Assembly (NCBI GenBank): GCA_037137535.1
Contig: JBAXKC010000012.1
Location: forward strand, 1 to 64,000
Source of the DNA: a bacterium
GTDB lineage: Bacteria; Cyanobacteriota; Vampirovibrionia; Gastranaerophilales; JBAXKC01
Direction: 5' to 3'
DNA length: 64,000 nucleotides
A program made the position numbers and the translations under genes. This document shows, one piece after another, positions 30,099 to 40,800 of this stretch. Below the pieces are notes generated by a model. The model ran no database searches, had not been told where the DNA came from, and saw only the letters and a program-made list of their open reading frames with translations. Every line of letters begins with the position of its first letter. Positions within the stretch are counted from its first letter, which is position 1.

Positions 30099-32093
30099 AT
30101 GTTTTTATACGAAGCAGAAGGCAAGAAGGTAACTATAGCCTTTGAATTACCATTAGAAAATATAAAAATAGGCGATTTTATAAAGGTTTATAACAATAAA
30201 AACGGTATTGTTGCTCAAATAATAAATGTAAAAACTAACGAAACAACAACCAATTCTAATTACGCAGAAGGATTAATCCTAAAAACGCTTACTAATAATC
30301 AAAAATGGATTGAATGGCAAGGTAATCTGCCTGCTAGAAATTTTCAATGCCAAAAGGTTACTTCTGAAGAACTTATAAACAATACGATAAGTAAAAATAT
30401 TTCAGAAACTGTTAATATAGGCTATCTTGCTTCAGATAACCAGCCTTGTAATATTAATGCAGATAAAATCAATCAACCTTTTATCATTTTAAGTGATAAT
30501 AACTCAACAAAAAAACAAACAATTAAAAAACTGGCTCAAGAATTATCTGCTAAAGGAGTCAAATGCTTACTATTAGATATTAAAGGTGATTTTTCAGCTT
30601 ATAATAACACTCTTACAGCCGGCAAAAACTTTAAACTTCCTTTAAACTCAGAAGGTATTCAAAGTTTGTATGAAAAAACTCTAAATACCATACCTGCTGA
30701 AACAAAGGCAGTTATTGAAGATGTTCTTATGCATGTTCAAGAATACGCAGATAAAAGTGATTTAGGCTTTGTACCTTTTGCAAGTTTTAAAGGTGTTGTT
30801 GAAAATGAATACAAAAACAGCAAGGTGCATGAGCTGGTATTATTAAAAAATCAGCTGTCAAAACTTGAAAAACAAGGTATTTATGGGAATACAAGACGAG
30901 AAATTCATGCCTTTGAAAATGCAATTGAAAAAGAAAACCTAATCACCGTAGATTTATCAAACTTACCTGAACTATGGCATAGCGAAATATTAAACTACCT
31001 AATTAATACAGGTATAAAACAAAATAAGAAGTTTATTATTTTCATAGAGGCAGAAGATGCTTTTGCAGACAGCAAATTACTAGATAAACTACTTTCATTG
31101 CGCAATAAAAGCTCAATAACACCTTGCATCTCATCATCTTATCAAAATAAAAATCTTCATAAACTTATTTCTCACGCAGAAAACATTATGTTTTTTGCTC
31201 CTCAATTCCCATTCAATATTACAAATTTCAAAGAACAATTAGAATTGTTAAATCAAGAATCAGCGGTTTTATATGGTTCTATAACCGCTAAAACTCCCAT
31301 TTTTGTAACTATGGAACATTCAAATATTTTCGTTGAAGATATAGTTGAGCAAGCTAAACCTATTAATAATCAGGCTGATTTTTCTCAATTTTTATCATCG
31401 GCAACACCTTATAACTATAACAAAGAACATGAATCGGTAGAAGAATATCTTGAAGAACCTGTTCAACAACTATTTACGGAAGAACCTTATCAAGAACAGC
31501 AAGTAGATTATCCTAGCTATGAAGAACCGGCTCTGCCTGTCTTTGAAGAAGAAACTTTTGAATCAGATGAAGTTTTTGAGGAATTTGAAGAATATTCACT
31601 TAATGAAACAAAAGAATCTCAAGATTTATATGAAGAAATAACTAAAGAAACCTTTGAACAACAGGAAGAGCCTCAAGTCGAACATGAACAAGAGGCCGAA
31701 GAAGAAATAAATCCATATGAACTTGATGATGACTTTGAAGAACTAACTGAAGAAAATTTAGAAATTAAAGAAACACCTATTTATGAAGACTCTGATCACG
31801 AAATAAAAAGTGATGTAGATACTTTATATACAGGTGGAAGAAAAACTACAATCATTCAAGAGCAAGTAGACAATATTGTTACCGAAGAAATTCCTGTCTA
31901 TCCTGTTGAAACAGAGCCTTCTGATGTTGAAATTGATTTCAAGGAAGGCGAAAACGTCAATCATGACAAATACGGTACAGGTACAATAAAAAAAATCATC
32001 AACTACGGAAATAAAAAGCTTTTGAGTATTCAATTTGAAGGTGTGGGCAGAAGACTTTTAGATCCACAACTTGCAATTATTAGAAAAGCTTAA
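30099..32093 (+). CDS. Degenerate HerA-like protein with acidic linker and C-terminal PcrA/UvrD-type Tudor-like domain
   Basis: IGDFIKV barrel-like N-terminus, LLDIKGDF, no Walker A GKS, Glu-rich tract, C-terminal V.HDKYGTGTI...IQFEGVGRRLL. Confidence 0.6.
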   Translation: MFLYEAEGKKVTIAFELPLENIKIGDFIKVYNNKNGIVAQIINVKTNETTTNSNYAEGLILKTLTNNQKWIEWQGNLPARNFQCQKVTSEELINNTISKNISETVNIGYLASDNQPCNINADKINQPFIILSDNNSTKKQTIKKLAQELSAKGVKCLLLDIKGDFSAYNNTLTAGKNFKLPLNSEGIQSLYEKTLNTIPAETKAVIEDVLMHVQEYADKSDLGFVPFASFKGVVENEYKNSKVHELVLLKNQLSKLEKQGIYGNTRREIHAFENAIEKENLITVDLSNLPELWHSEILNYLINTGIKQNKKFIIFIEAEDAFADSKLLDKLLSLRNKSSITPCISSSYQNKNLHKLISHAENIMFFAPQFPFNITNFKEQLELLNQESAVLYGSITAKTPIFVTMEHSNIFVEDIVEQAKPINNQADFSQFLSSATPYNYNKEHESVEEYLEEPVQQLFTEEPYQEQQVDYPSYEEPALPVFEEETFESDEVFEEFEEYSLNETKESQDLYEEITKETFEQQEEPQVEHEQEAEEEINPYELDDDFEELTEENLEIKETPIYEDSDHEIKSDVDTLYTGGRKTTIIQEQVDNIVTEEIPVYPVETEPSDVEIDFKEGENVNHDKYGTGTIKKIINYGNKKLLSIQFEGVGRRLLDPQLAIIRKA

Positions 32094-32103
32094 AATAAAC
32101 AGT

Positions 32104-32133
32104 AAAAAACTTACTTTAAAAGTAAGTTTTTTT
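32104..32133. terminator. Bidirectional terminator
   Basis: AAAAAACTTACTT-TAA-AAGTAAGTTTTTTT. Confidence 0.75.
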
Positions 32134-32154
32134 ATAAATATTGATAATGTATTG

Positions 32155-32484
32155 TTAAATAGAATTTTTCAACAACTCTACAAGTAATTCATCTTCAGTT
32201 TCAACTTTAATTCCGTTCAAATAGAGAAAAACCAAAGCTGAATGCAATCCGACTCTTTTATTGCCATCAACAAAAGGGCTATTTTTCACAATATGAAAAA
32301 TATAAGAACTTGCTATTTCATATAGATTTTCAGTATTACCCTTACCTACTGATACTTCTTTTACGCTTTTCATCGCCGATTTAAGAAGACTTAAATCTTT
32401 CAAACCTTTTGATCCGCCAAAATGTTCTATTTGGGATTTATGTATATCTAAAACTTTTTCAACGTTTAAAAACTTTATTGCCAT
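32155..32484 (-). CDS. Doc/Fic family toxin with degenerate motif
   Basis: IH...FGG..GLKD..LL.SA and SPFVDGNKR (His replaced by Ser). Confidence 0.85.
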   Translation of the reverse strand: MAIKFLNVEKVLDIHKSQIEHFGGSKGLKDLSLLKSAMKSVKEVSVGKGNTENLYEIASSYIFHIVKNSPFVDGNKRVGLHSALVFLYLNGIKVETEDELLVELLKNSI

Positions 32485-32486
32485 AA

Positions 32487-32705
32487 TTATTCTGCTAATT
32501 CCTTAAATACATTTTTATATCGGTTGGCACTCCACTCCAACGCTTCTTTAAAAGCACTTTCCTCTTTTAAAGGAGTAATTATAAGACTCTTACCATCTGT
32601 TGTAAGCTCAAGAGGTGTATCTGAATCTATTTTCAAAAGTTCTAGAATACCCTTATCGATTACGATAGCATGACTATTTCCATGCTTTGTAAGCTTTTTA
32701 ATCAT
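32487..32705 (-). CDS. AbrB/MazE-type antitoxin
   Basis: KLTKHGNSHAIVIDK, directly upstream of doc, C-terminal FKELAE. Confidence 0.88.
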   Translation of the reverse strand: MIKKLTKHGNSHAIVIDKGILELLKIDSDTPLELTTDGKSLIITPLKEESAFKEALEWSANRYKNVFKELAE

Positions 32706-32874
32706 TAAAAACCTCTTGTATCAACCCAATTATTAACACGATATACCTATTATAATAACAAACATGCTTTTTTCAAAACATCTAATAAATGTAAAATTAT
32801 AAAAATTCAACAAATTGAAATCAGTTAACCACCGGTAGTCACAAAGTAACAACAAAATGCAAACAAAACAGCAA

Positions 32875-34182
32875 CTAAAGTTCCACAAAGTCCAATATAT
32901 AATTTTTCATATAAGAACAATCATTTTGTTCAAAGCTCTGAATCAGCTCTTGTTTGTTATCACAGTTAAATTCTGCAATAATTGTCTTTCCATCTCCAAC
33001 TAAAACAGTCAGATAGTTAAGAAAATCAAAAGAAAGACTGCCCTCAACCCATATAACATCCGCAGAGTGAAACTTTGCCATTACATAAATAGTCTGAAGC
33101 GAAGCCCCCGGGAGAAGATCAAGTTTATTCTGGCAGACAGTTTCTATTGGCTTTTTAATGAACTGTTCAGCGGTAAAGACTTCTTTATCTTTTAAGTCAG
33201 CGTTCAATAACGTCAAATAAACAAAAGAAGAGCGTATTATATCGTTTTTTGAACATATTGCTATAATACCACTTTTACCGAATAAACTGCCGACTTTTTT
33301 AATATTTAGCTCATCTGTCTCTGTTTTTAAGGTTAACGGATAAATTTTCAAAACTGTTTGCTTGCCGTTTATATGGTTTATTTTTGAAACATAAACAAAA
33401 TACTCATTGCATGCGACAATGGTATTAAATCCACCGCTAAAAAAGCTGTGACTCTCCTTGTATATAACTTCGGACTTTGACTTAAACACCGAATACAGCA
33501 AAGGAGCAACTAGAAGCGGAATACTGTCTTCTTTTTTATTGTCTTTCGCATCCTGAAAGACAAAGCTTAACTTATTTTTATCTTCTTTTATCGAAATATC
33601 ATAATATTTTTTAGAAATGGCATAAGCTATAAAATCATTAAAAAATAATTCTGCCGATTCTGCATCGAAACAGTCCGACTCAAGCTTACTTCTCCAACTG
33701 TTTAAATCAACATTAACATCATCAAGAGAACAAGATTCAGAATAGTTTTTATTTATCGCCCTTAAAATAGAACTTTCAGAACAAACAACGGGTTCAACCT
33801 TAAAATCAGCATCTCCTAAAACGGTATTTACTGAAAACAAATCAAGAGGGTCAGCCATAGCAACGGTTAAAACTTCTTCTATTTTAAACAAAGGTAAAAT
33901 TCTCAACCTTAAAGCATCTTGTTTATTAATAAAATTAAGACATTTCGTGTCTAAAGAATAATCATCCAAATGAACAAAAGGAATACGCAATTTTGTTTCG
34001 ATAAACTCCAATAAAGCCTTTTCAGAAAGGATTTTCAAGTCTATAAGAGAATGTGCAAGGGTTTTATTATGTTTTTCTGCCTCTTGCTCTGCCTCTTGAA
34101 GATATTCAAAAGAAATTATATTTTCCCTTACCAGATCATATTTTAGCCTTTCGACTGTTTTATTTGTTATTAAAGTTTCCAT
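32875..34182 (-). CDS. GspE/PilB-like protein with degenerate ATPase domain
   Basis: N-terminal ILP..LTVAMADPLD; Walker A position reads ICSKNDIIRS. Confidence 0.65.
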   Translation of the reverse strand: METLITNKTVERLKYDLVRENIISFEYLQEAEQEAEKHNKTLAHSLIDLKILSEKALLEFIETKLRIPFVHLDDYSLDTKCLNFINKQDALRLRILPLFKIEEVLTVAMADPLDLFSVNTVLGDADFKVEPVVCSESSILRAINKNYSESCSLDDVNVDLNSWRSKLESDCFDAESAELFFNDFIAYAISKKYYDISIKEDKNKLSFVFQDAKDNKKEDSIPLLVAPLLYSVFKSKSEVIYKESHSFFSGGFNTIVACNEYFVYVSKINHINGKQTVLKIYPLTLKTETDELNIKKVGSLFGKSGIIAICSKNDIIRSSFVYLTLLNADLKDKEVFTAEQFIKKPIETVCQNKLDLLPGASLQTIYVMAKFHSADVIWVEGSLSFDFLNYLTVLVGDGKTIIAEFNCDNKQELIQSFEQNDCSYMKNYILDFVEL

Positions 34183-34185
34183 AAT

Positions 34186-34557
34186 TTACTCGTTTAAATA
34201 TTTTTTAACTTTTTCTACTACTTCCATTATATCAAAAGGCTTTGTTATATATTCATTAGCACCTGTTTCTTGCCCTATAAGCCTGTCTTCTTCTTGAGAA
34301 CGAGCAGTAACCATTAAAATAGGAATATTTTTATATTTAGCATCAAATTTTAGAAGCCTGCAAACCTTATATCCATTTATTTTAGGCATCATAACATCTA
34401 AAATAACGAGGTCAGGAACTTTCGACCTTATAAGATTCAAAGCTTCTTCTCCGTCATAAGCCGTAAAACACTCTATACCGTCACATTCAAGCATAAACTG
34501 TATTGTTTCGACTATGTCTCGCTCATCATCAGCAATTAATACTTTTTTTCCACTCAT
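34186..34557 (-). CDS. Single-domain response regulator
   Basis: ADDE, LDVMMP, TA, YITKPF. Confidence 0.95.
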   Translation of the reverse strand: MSGKKVLIADDERDIVETIQFMLECDGIECFTAYDGEEALNLIRSKVPDLVILDVMMPKINGYKVCRLLKFDAKYKNIPILMVTARSQEEDRLIGQETGANEYITKPFDIMEVVEKVKKYLNE

Positions 34558-36537
34558 TTATTCAACCCTACTGCTTATTCTTTTTTCAGCTATATCAATC
34601 AACTCTTCACTTGTTATTGCATCTTGCGGATAAACTGAAAACGCAAATTTTCCAATATTATCAGCTTTTAAATTATCTATAAGCGACACAGCATCAGTAT
34701 TTTTATAACCAGGAACAGCTGCGTAACTTAAATGATCATCTTTAAAAAAGCATGTATTATCTGCTTTTATTATATCAGAGCTTAAAGTCATTTTTTCACT
34801 AACAATCAACGAAAAACCAAGATGATTATATTTGGCACTTTGTATAAACCTGTCTAAATCAAGCATAAATCTGGCTTTATTTTGAACAACAGGCAAAATA
34901 AAAGAAAATATACTGCCCTCTTGCGGTTGGCTTTCCAGCCATATATGCCCTCTATGAGCCTCTACCAATTCTTTTGCTATTGGAAGCCCTAAGCCTGTTC
35001 CGCCGACATCTCTGCTCAAAGTGCTTTCAATCTGTTGAAACTTGTCAAACACCTTTGGAATATCGTCTTTTGCTATACCTATACCTGTATCTTCAACGCT
35101 TATCTTTATATATTCTCCTTCAAAGCTGTAATCAAGCTCACTGGAGTGGATTAAAGAAGCTGAAATACTAATATTACCTTTGTCTGACGTGAATTTTACT
35201 GCATTTGAGACTAAATTTGTAAGAATTTGTTCAATTTTTCTTATATCGCCATAAACTAAAGGCAATTCTTTATTATAATTAACCCGCAAATCTATATTTT
35301 TCTTATCTGCAAGTGAACCGTAAGTATTTTTAACAAAATCCAAAGATTCACCAATATTAAAAGGCTCAAAACGATATTCCATCTTCCCTGCTTCAATTTT
35401 TGAAAGATCAAGAAGGTCATTAATAATACCTGAAAGCCTGTCTAAATTACGCTTTGCCATATTTAAAAAATTATTCTGCTGAGGAGTAACAACGCCTGTT
35501 TTCCCCGAAAGTATTATATCTAAGGAATTTTTAACAGCTGTAAGTGGTGTTCTAAGCTCATGAGAAACAATAGAAATAAACTCTGACTTCATCTTTTCAA
35601 GCTTTTCTAGCTTTATATTAGTCTGTTTAATTTCATCATAAAGAATAGCACTTTCTAACGGTAGTGAAACCTGTTTAACAACTGTCTGAAAACAAGTTGC
35701 ATCCTCTCCCGTATATTCATTTTCTCTTAATATCTCAACAGTTCCAAAAAATCTGTCTGATGTATTTATAGGAGCAAAAAGTCCGTCATATTCCAATACA
35801 TTCAGCCCTAAGGTTTTTCCTTCTTCTCTATAATGAATTTCAACTTTTATGTTATTTATAGAAATATTAAAAGGAAGATTTTTATCTTCAAACAGGTTTT
35901 TATAGCCCAACATAGACCTTAATTTTAAAGCCTGAATAAGCTCTTCAGCAGGCGGATATATGGAATTTATCATTAATGTTGCATTTTCAGGGTCATTTAT
36001 TATGAAAGCACAACAAAGAGAATAATTTAAACTCTTTTCAAATCCTATATTCATTATGTTTATTAACTTTGACTTATCAAGAGTTCCTGCAAGCTGAGAA
36101 CTTGTATTATAAAGCACGTTTAACTGATACAAACTCTTGGCAAGTTCACTGTTGTTGGTGTATAAAATGTCTAAAAGCTTTTTTATACGAAGGTGTGCAT
36201 TTACTGTTGCTATTAAAATATTAATATTTAAAGGCTTTGTAATATAGCCATCAGCTCCAACCAATAATTCTTCTGGTGCTGAGTCAGACGAAGTAAGTAA
36301 AATAATCTGAATATCGTTAGTCTGACTTTGAAGTTTTAATTTTCTACAAACAGTAGAAACATTAATCCCCTTGCAAGACGTATCAACAATAGCAATATCA
36401 GGAGTTATGGCATTTGTAAGTTCAAAAGCATTATTTTCATTATCAGTAAAAAAAGTGTCATAACCAACACCTTTTAACAGGACCTCTATAGAATCCTGTG
36501 AGTCATTATTTTCGGCAATAATAAGAATTTTTGACAT
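34558..36537 (-). CDS. Hybrid sensor histidine kinase (REC, GAF-like, HisKA, HATPase, GGDEF-like remnant)
   Basis: SHELRTPL, NLVSNAVKF, DTGIGI, GGTGLGL; N-terminal REC with KP. Confidence 0.92.
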   Translation of the reverse strand: MSKILIIAENNDSQDSIEVLLKGVGYDTFFTDNENNAFELTNAITPDIAIVDTSCKGINVSTVCRKLKLQSQTNDIQIILLTSSDSAPEELLVGADGYITKPLNINILIATVNAHLRIKKLLDILYTNNSELAKSLYQLNVLYNTSSQLAGTLDKSKLINIMNIGFEKSLNYSLCCAFIINDPENATLMINSIYPPAEELIQALKLRSMLGYKNLFEDKNLPFNISINNIKVEIHYREEGKTLGLNVLEYDGLFAPINTSDRFFGTVEILRENEYTGEDATCFQTVVKQVSLPLESAILYDEIKQTNIKLEKLEKMKSEFISIVSHELRTPLTAVKNSLDIILSGKTGVVTPQQNNFLNMAKRNLDRLSGIINDLLDLSKIEAGKMEYRFEPFNIGESLDFVKNTYGSLADKKNIDLRVNYNKELPLVYGDIRKIEQILTNLVSNAVKFTSDKGNISISASLIHSSELDYSFEGEYIKISVEDTGIGIAKDDIPKVFDKFQQIESTLSRDVGGTGLGLPIAKELVEAHRGHIWLESQPQEGSIFSFILPVVQNKARFMLDLDRFIQSAKYNHLGFSLIVSEKMTLSSDIIKADNTCFFKDDHLSYAAVPGYKNTDAVSLIDNLKADNIGKFAFSVYPQDAITSEELIDIAEKRISSRVE

Positions 36538-36599
36538 ATTGAGCCATACCCGAAACTCACTACAAATTTATTGTAACACAGCACCAATAGTTTAGACGG

Positions 36600-37103
36600 T
36601 TAATCTTTTGCTTTTCCTTCAACTTCCAAAATCTTTGCAAGTGCTTGAGTGTCACCTTTTAATTTAAAATATTCCGCAAATTTAGGGGTTGTCTTTAAGA
36701 CGTAAGAACGCCCATTTGTATCACGTTTACGAGTTATAAGACCTTTTTCAACAAGTTCACCTATATGATCATAAGCAGATTGTCCTCTAAACTCAATGAG
36801 CTTAGATTGTCTTAAAGGTTCTTTTATTGCTATAACAGATAAAGTTCTCAGAACAGCTGGCTTTAACTCAACAGGAACAAGCTTTTCAACAATATCCATG
36901 TGTTCTTCACGAACCTGAAGAATATAACAACCGTCCTCGTCTTCAATTTCAAGAGCTGTATCCCTTGAAGAGTAGTCCATTATAAGATCAAGAAGTGCAG
37001 GCTCTACTTCTTCTATATCAACTTCAAGCATATCGGCTATTTCTTTTACAGTAACCGCTCTTGCCGTAACAAACAAAAAAGCTTCTATTCTAGCTTTTAA
37101 CAT
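36600..37103 (-). CDS. scpB: SMC-Scp complex subunit ScpB
   Basis: IEAFLF, TLSVIA..EP, TTPKF.EYF; follows scpA. Confidence 0.92.
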   Translation of the reverse strand: MLKARIEAFLFVTARAVTVKEIADMLEVDIEEVEPALLDLIMDYSSRDTALEIEDEDGCYILQVREEHMDIVEKLVPVELKPAVLRTLSVIAIKEPLRQSKLIEFRGQSAYDHIGELVEKGLITRKRDTNGRSYVLKTTPKFAEYFKLKGDTQALAKILEVEGKAKD

Positions 37104-37106
37104 AAC

Positions 37107-37844
37107 CTAGCCCGCCTCCGGAACTATATAAAGGTCTGAATAAAATTCATTCTGCACAAGGTCAATGCGGTCGCTCGCAGCTAAAAATAACAAACTTATA
37201 TAAGTAGTGGCTTTATCCATTCCTGTTCGTATCAAATCTTGAAGGGTAAGTGTTTCTTGGGTATCAAAAAGCTTTAATAGCGCATTATAAACCTTATCAA
37301 GCTCTTCTTCCACATACTCTTCATGTGCCATATCAAGAATATCTTCCGCCGTAAAATTAGCGTAGGACTTTGATCTTCTCTCTACTCGATCATGAGCGCT
37401 TTTTATCTGTCTTGTTTTTTCAATTTTTTCATAAAATTTAAGTTGTCTGATAAGATCTTTAAGGGTTACTACTCTTTGCCTGTTTGCTTTTACGCTTGTT
37501 CTTCTTGAAAGAGCATTATCAAGAGAAACAACATTATTTCTGTTTATTTCTTCTTCAAAATAAGGCTCATCAATTAATTCTGAAAACTCATCAAATTCTT
37601 CAAACAAAGCATCCTGTTCAGCAAGAGGATCAATCCCTTCAAGCACATCAGACTTCATTCTTAGTAAAAGAGCCGCATAAAACAAAGTTCTACCCGTCAA
37701 CATAAGGTTATGCGATTTCATTTCAACTATCTGCAAAAGAAATTTATCTGTAACATCAACTATATCAATATTCCATGGATCAATCTTGCTATTTTTTGCC
37801 ATTTCAACAAGAATTTCTATTCCATCCGCCCCATTATCAAGCAT
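37107..37844 (-). CDS. scpA: Segregation/condensation protein A
   Basis: IDPWNIDIVDVTDKFL, LLRMKS, VTLKDLI, Q.EFYSDL. Confidence 0.9.
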   Translation of the reverse strand: MLDNGADGIEILVEMAKNSKIDPWNIDIVDVTDKFLLQIVEMKSHNLMLTGRTLFYAALLLRMKSDVLEGIDPLAEQDALFEEFDEFSELIDEPYFEEEINRNNVVSLDNALSRRTSVKANRQRVVTLKDLIRQLKFYEKIEKTRQIKSAHDRVERRSKSYANFTAEDILDMAHEEYVEEELDKVYNALLKLFDTQETLTLQDLIRTGMDKATTYISLLFLAASDRIDLVQNEFYSDLYIVPEAG

Positions 37845-40800
37845 GTAAGACTACTCCGGTTACTTTTGTAACACCATTATTTTTTTGAGTTACGCCAACT
37901 GTTCTATCAGCTGATTCAATCATAGGTTTTCTTAATGATACCACGATAAACTGAGTTTCGGCAGCCTGTTTTTTCACCATTTGTGCAAGACGCTCTGCAT
38001 TAATCCCATCTAGGTGCATATCTACCTCATCAAAAGCATAAAATGGAGCAGGCATATATCTCTGTATTGCAAAAACAAACGCAAGGGCCGTAATGGACTT
38101 CTCTCCACCACTCATAGACTCTAATCGCTGACGTTTTTTCTCTCTTGGTTGAGCCTCGATAGTTAAACCACCTTTAAAGGGGTTCTCGTAATCGTCAAGC
38201 ACAAGATTTCCAGTCCCATCACAAAGTCCTGCAAAGATTTCTTTAAAGTTAGAATTGATTACGGTAAATGTTTCTTTGAAGAATTTCAGCTTCATATCTT
38301 CATAGCCGCTCATTCTTTCGATAATTTGTTCTTTTTCGAGTGAAAGGGTATTAATTTTATCTTGAAGCTCCGTACGTCTTACCTGCACTTCATCATATTC
38401 AGTTAAAGCTCTCATGTTTACAGGTTCAAGCTCTTCCATTTTTCTTTGAAGCCTTGATATATTGCGATTTACCTGTTCAACCGATATTTCTGACACATTT
38501 ATTTTAGTAATATCATGACCTTGTTTTATAACTTCTTCCTTAATTCTTAAAAGTTCGGGTTCAAGCTCTTTTCTTCTTGTTTTAAAGGCCTCTCCCTGCT
38601 CTTCAAGTCTTTCAAGTTTTACCTCTAAAGCCCCTTTTCTCTTCTCAAGGCTTAAAAATTCTGTGTTAATCCTAGTTCTCTCATCTTGAAGCTCAATGAG
38701 CTTTGAACCTATTTCGGTTATTTTAGCGTTTAATACTTTTAATTTATCTTCTGTTGCAATAATATCCTGCTGATGAACAGATTTTTCTTTTGCAAGAGTT
38801 TCGTTGTCTTTACTTTTACGCTCAATATTTTCCTCGTGAGCTGATATTTGCTCACGATTGAAATTTATTTCCATTTTTAACGCTTTAATTTCATTCTGAC
38901 AATTTGCAAGTCTACTTTCGTATTTTTTAATTTCAAGTTCAATACTTTCAGTAAGCTCATTTAACTTTGCAAGCTCGTCTTTAGGAATTGTACTTTCAAT
39001 ATGATTAATTGCTTGAGAAAGCTCTTCTATATTTTCGTCAATTTTAATAAGCTCAGCACAAACCTTATCAAACTGCATTTGAGTTTCCTCTAAAAGAGGT
39101 GTTGTTTCTTCAATAAGAAGTTTTTTAACCTCAAGGGTTCTTTCTTTTTCCTGGATATTACGGTCAAAGTTGTCATACTGAATTTTTTTACGGTTAAGCT
39201 CATTCATTGCAAGGGAATAATCATTTCTAACCCTGTCAAGCTTTACCTCTATCTCTTGTTTTTGCTTTTCAAGAATCGATGATTTACGCTCTAGTTCGGC
39301 TAGTCTTGTTTTAAATCTTTCAAGCTCTTCGTCTTCGCTTTGAGCAAATTTAAGCCCCGAAGATCGTCCTGTATCACCGCCGGTCATAGCTCCTGTTTTT
39401 TCAAGAATTGAGCCATCGAGAGTAACCATTCGGAATTTACCTATAAGTTTTCTCGCACTTGCCATATCCTCAACTACAAGTGTTTCACCAAGCGCATAAT
39501 AAAAAGCAGAAGAATACATAGGGTCAAAATCTATAAGATTAACGGCATAATCAACAACACCTTCTAAATTTGGTGCTTTTAACCCTCTTGGCATAGGTCT
39601 TATTTTATTTAAAGGTAAAAAGGTTAAAACACCGGCTCTTGTAGATTTTAAGACCTGAATAGCTTTAGAAGCAACTTCATCATCATCAACGACAATGTTT
39701 CTCATTCTTCCACCAATAGCTTTTTCAAGTGCTTCAGAATACTCCTTATTAACTGTTCCAAGCTGAGCAAGAGGAGAATGAACACCGCTAAGACCTGCAT
39801 TCATAATAGTACTTATCGCACGATCTTGAGTTTGATTTTCATGGGCTCTTTTCTCTGCTTCAAGCTGATAAACCTTACGTTGCGCCATTCCAATATTATG
39901 ATTAATGTCTATAAGCTCGTTTTTTGTTTTATCTAGTTCATAAAGTCCATTTTTCTGAATAATTTCATAATCGCCCATTTCTTTTGAAATTTCTTGTATC
40001 TGAACTTTCAGAAGATCTTTTTGCTGATTATAATTTTCTTTTTCACTTTCAATAGATTCAATAATTTTTTGAGCTTCGTCTAAATCTCTTTTATATCTTG
40101 AAATCTTTTCGCCAAAAGCTATTTTACGTTTTAATATTTCGTTCTGTCTGTCTTTACAAGCTTCAAACTGTTTTCTCAGTTCGTTTCTTCTCTCTAAGTT
40201 AGCATCCGCAGTCTGGTTTATGTTGGAAACTTCGCTTAAAACCCGGCGTAATTCGGCTTTTTCAGCCGCAATATTTTCCTCGATGCGTGAAATTTCTTCC
40301 TGTCGATTTTCTATTTTAAATACAGCTTCTTCAATACGCTCTTTAAGCTTTTCAATGTTAGCTTTTGCTGTATTAGCATGATTTTTATTATCAGAAAGTT
40401 GTCTTTCTATAAAGTTAATAGATTCTTTTTTTCTTGCAATAACGCCTTTTAAGGTTTCAGCCTGTTTCTTGATTTCAAGCTGCTCGTCTTCGCCTTTGCT
40501 TTTAATCAAGGAGTTTATTTCGTTTAATTTATTCTCATATTCAGCTATATCATTGACAAGAACTTCAAGCCTCAGTTTTTCTTCCTTACGTGTTTTATTA
40601 GCCTCAATAATGCTCTCATGCAGCCTTTCCATTGAGTTTTTAATATCAAAATATTTAATTACATCCAGCTTGCTTTCAAGCTCATGTTTTTCGTCTTTAA
40701 ATTTTTGGTACTTTAAAGCCTGATCCTTTTCAGCTTCAAGCTGAACGAGTCTTGTATCTATTTCGCCAACAATAATATTAGATTTTTCTACACGTTCATC

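Noticed and set aside
31400-31950. GAAGAA-rich repetitive DNA
   Set aside because: Explained by the Glu-rich linker coding sequence; no regular repeat-spacer structure, not CRISPR
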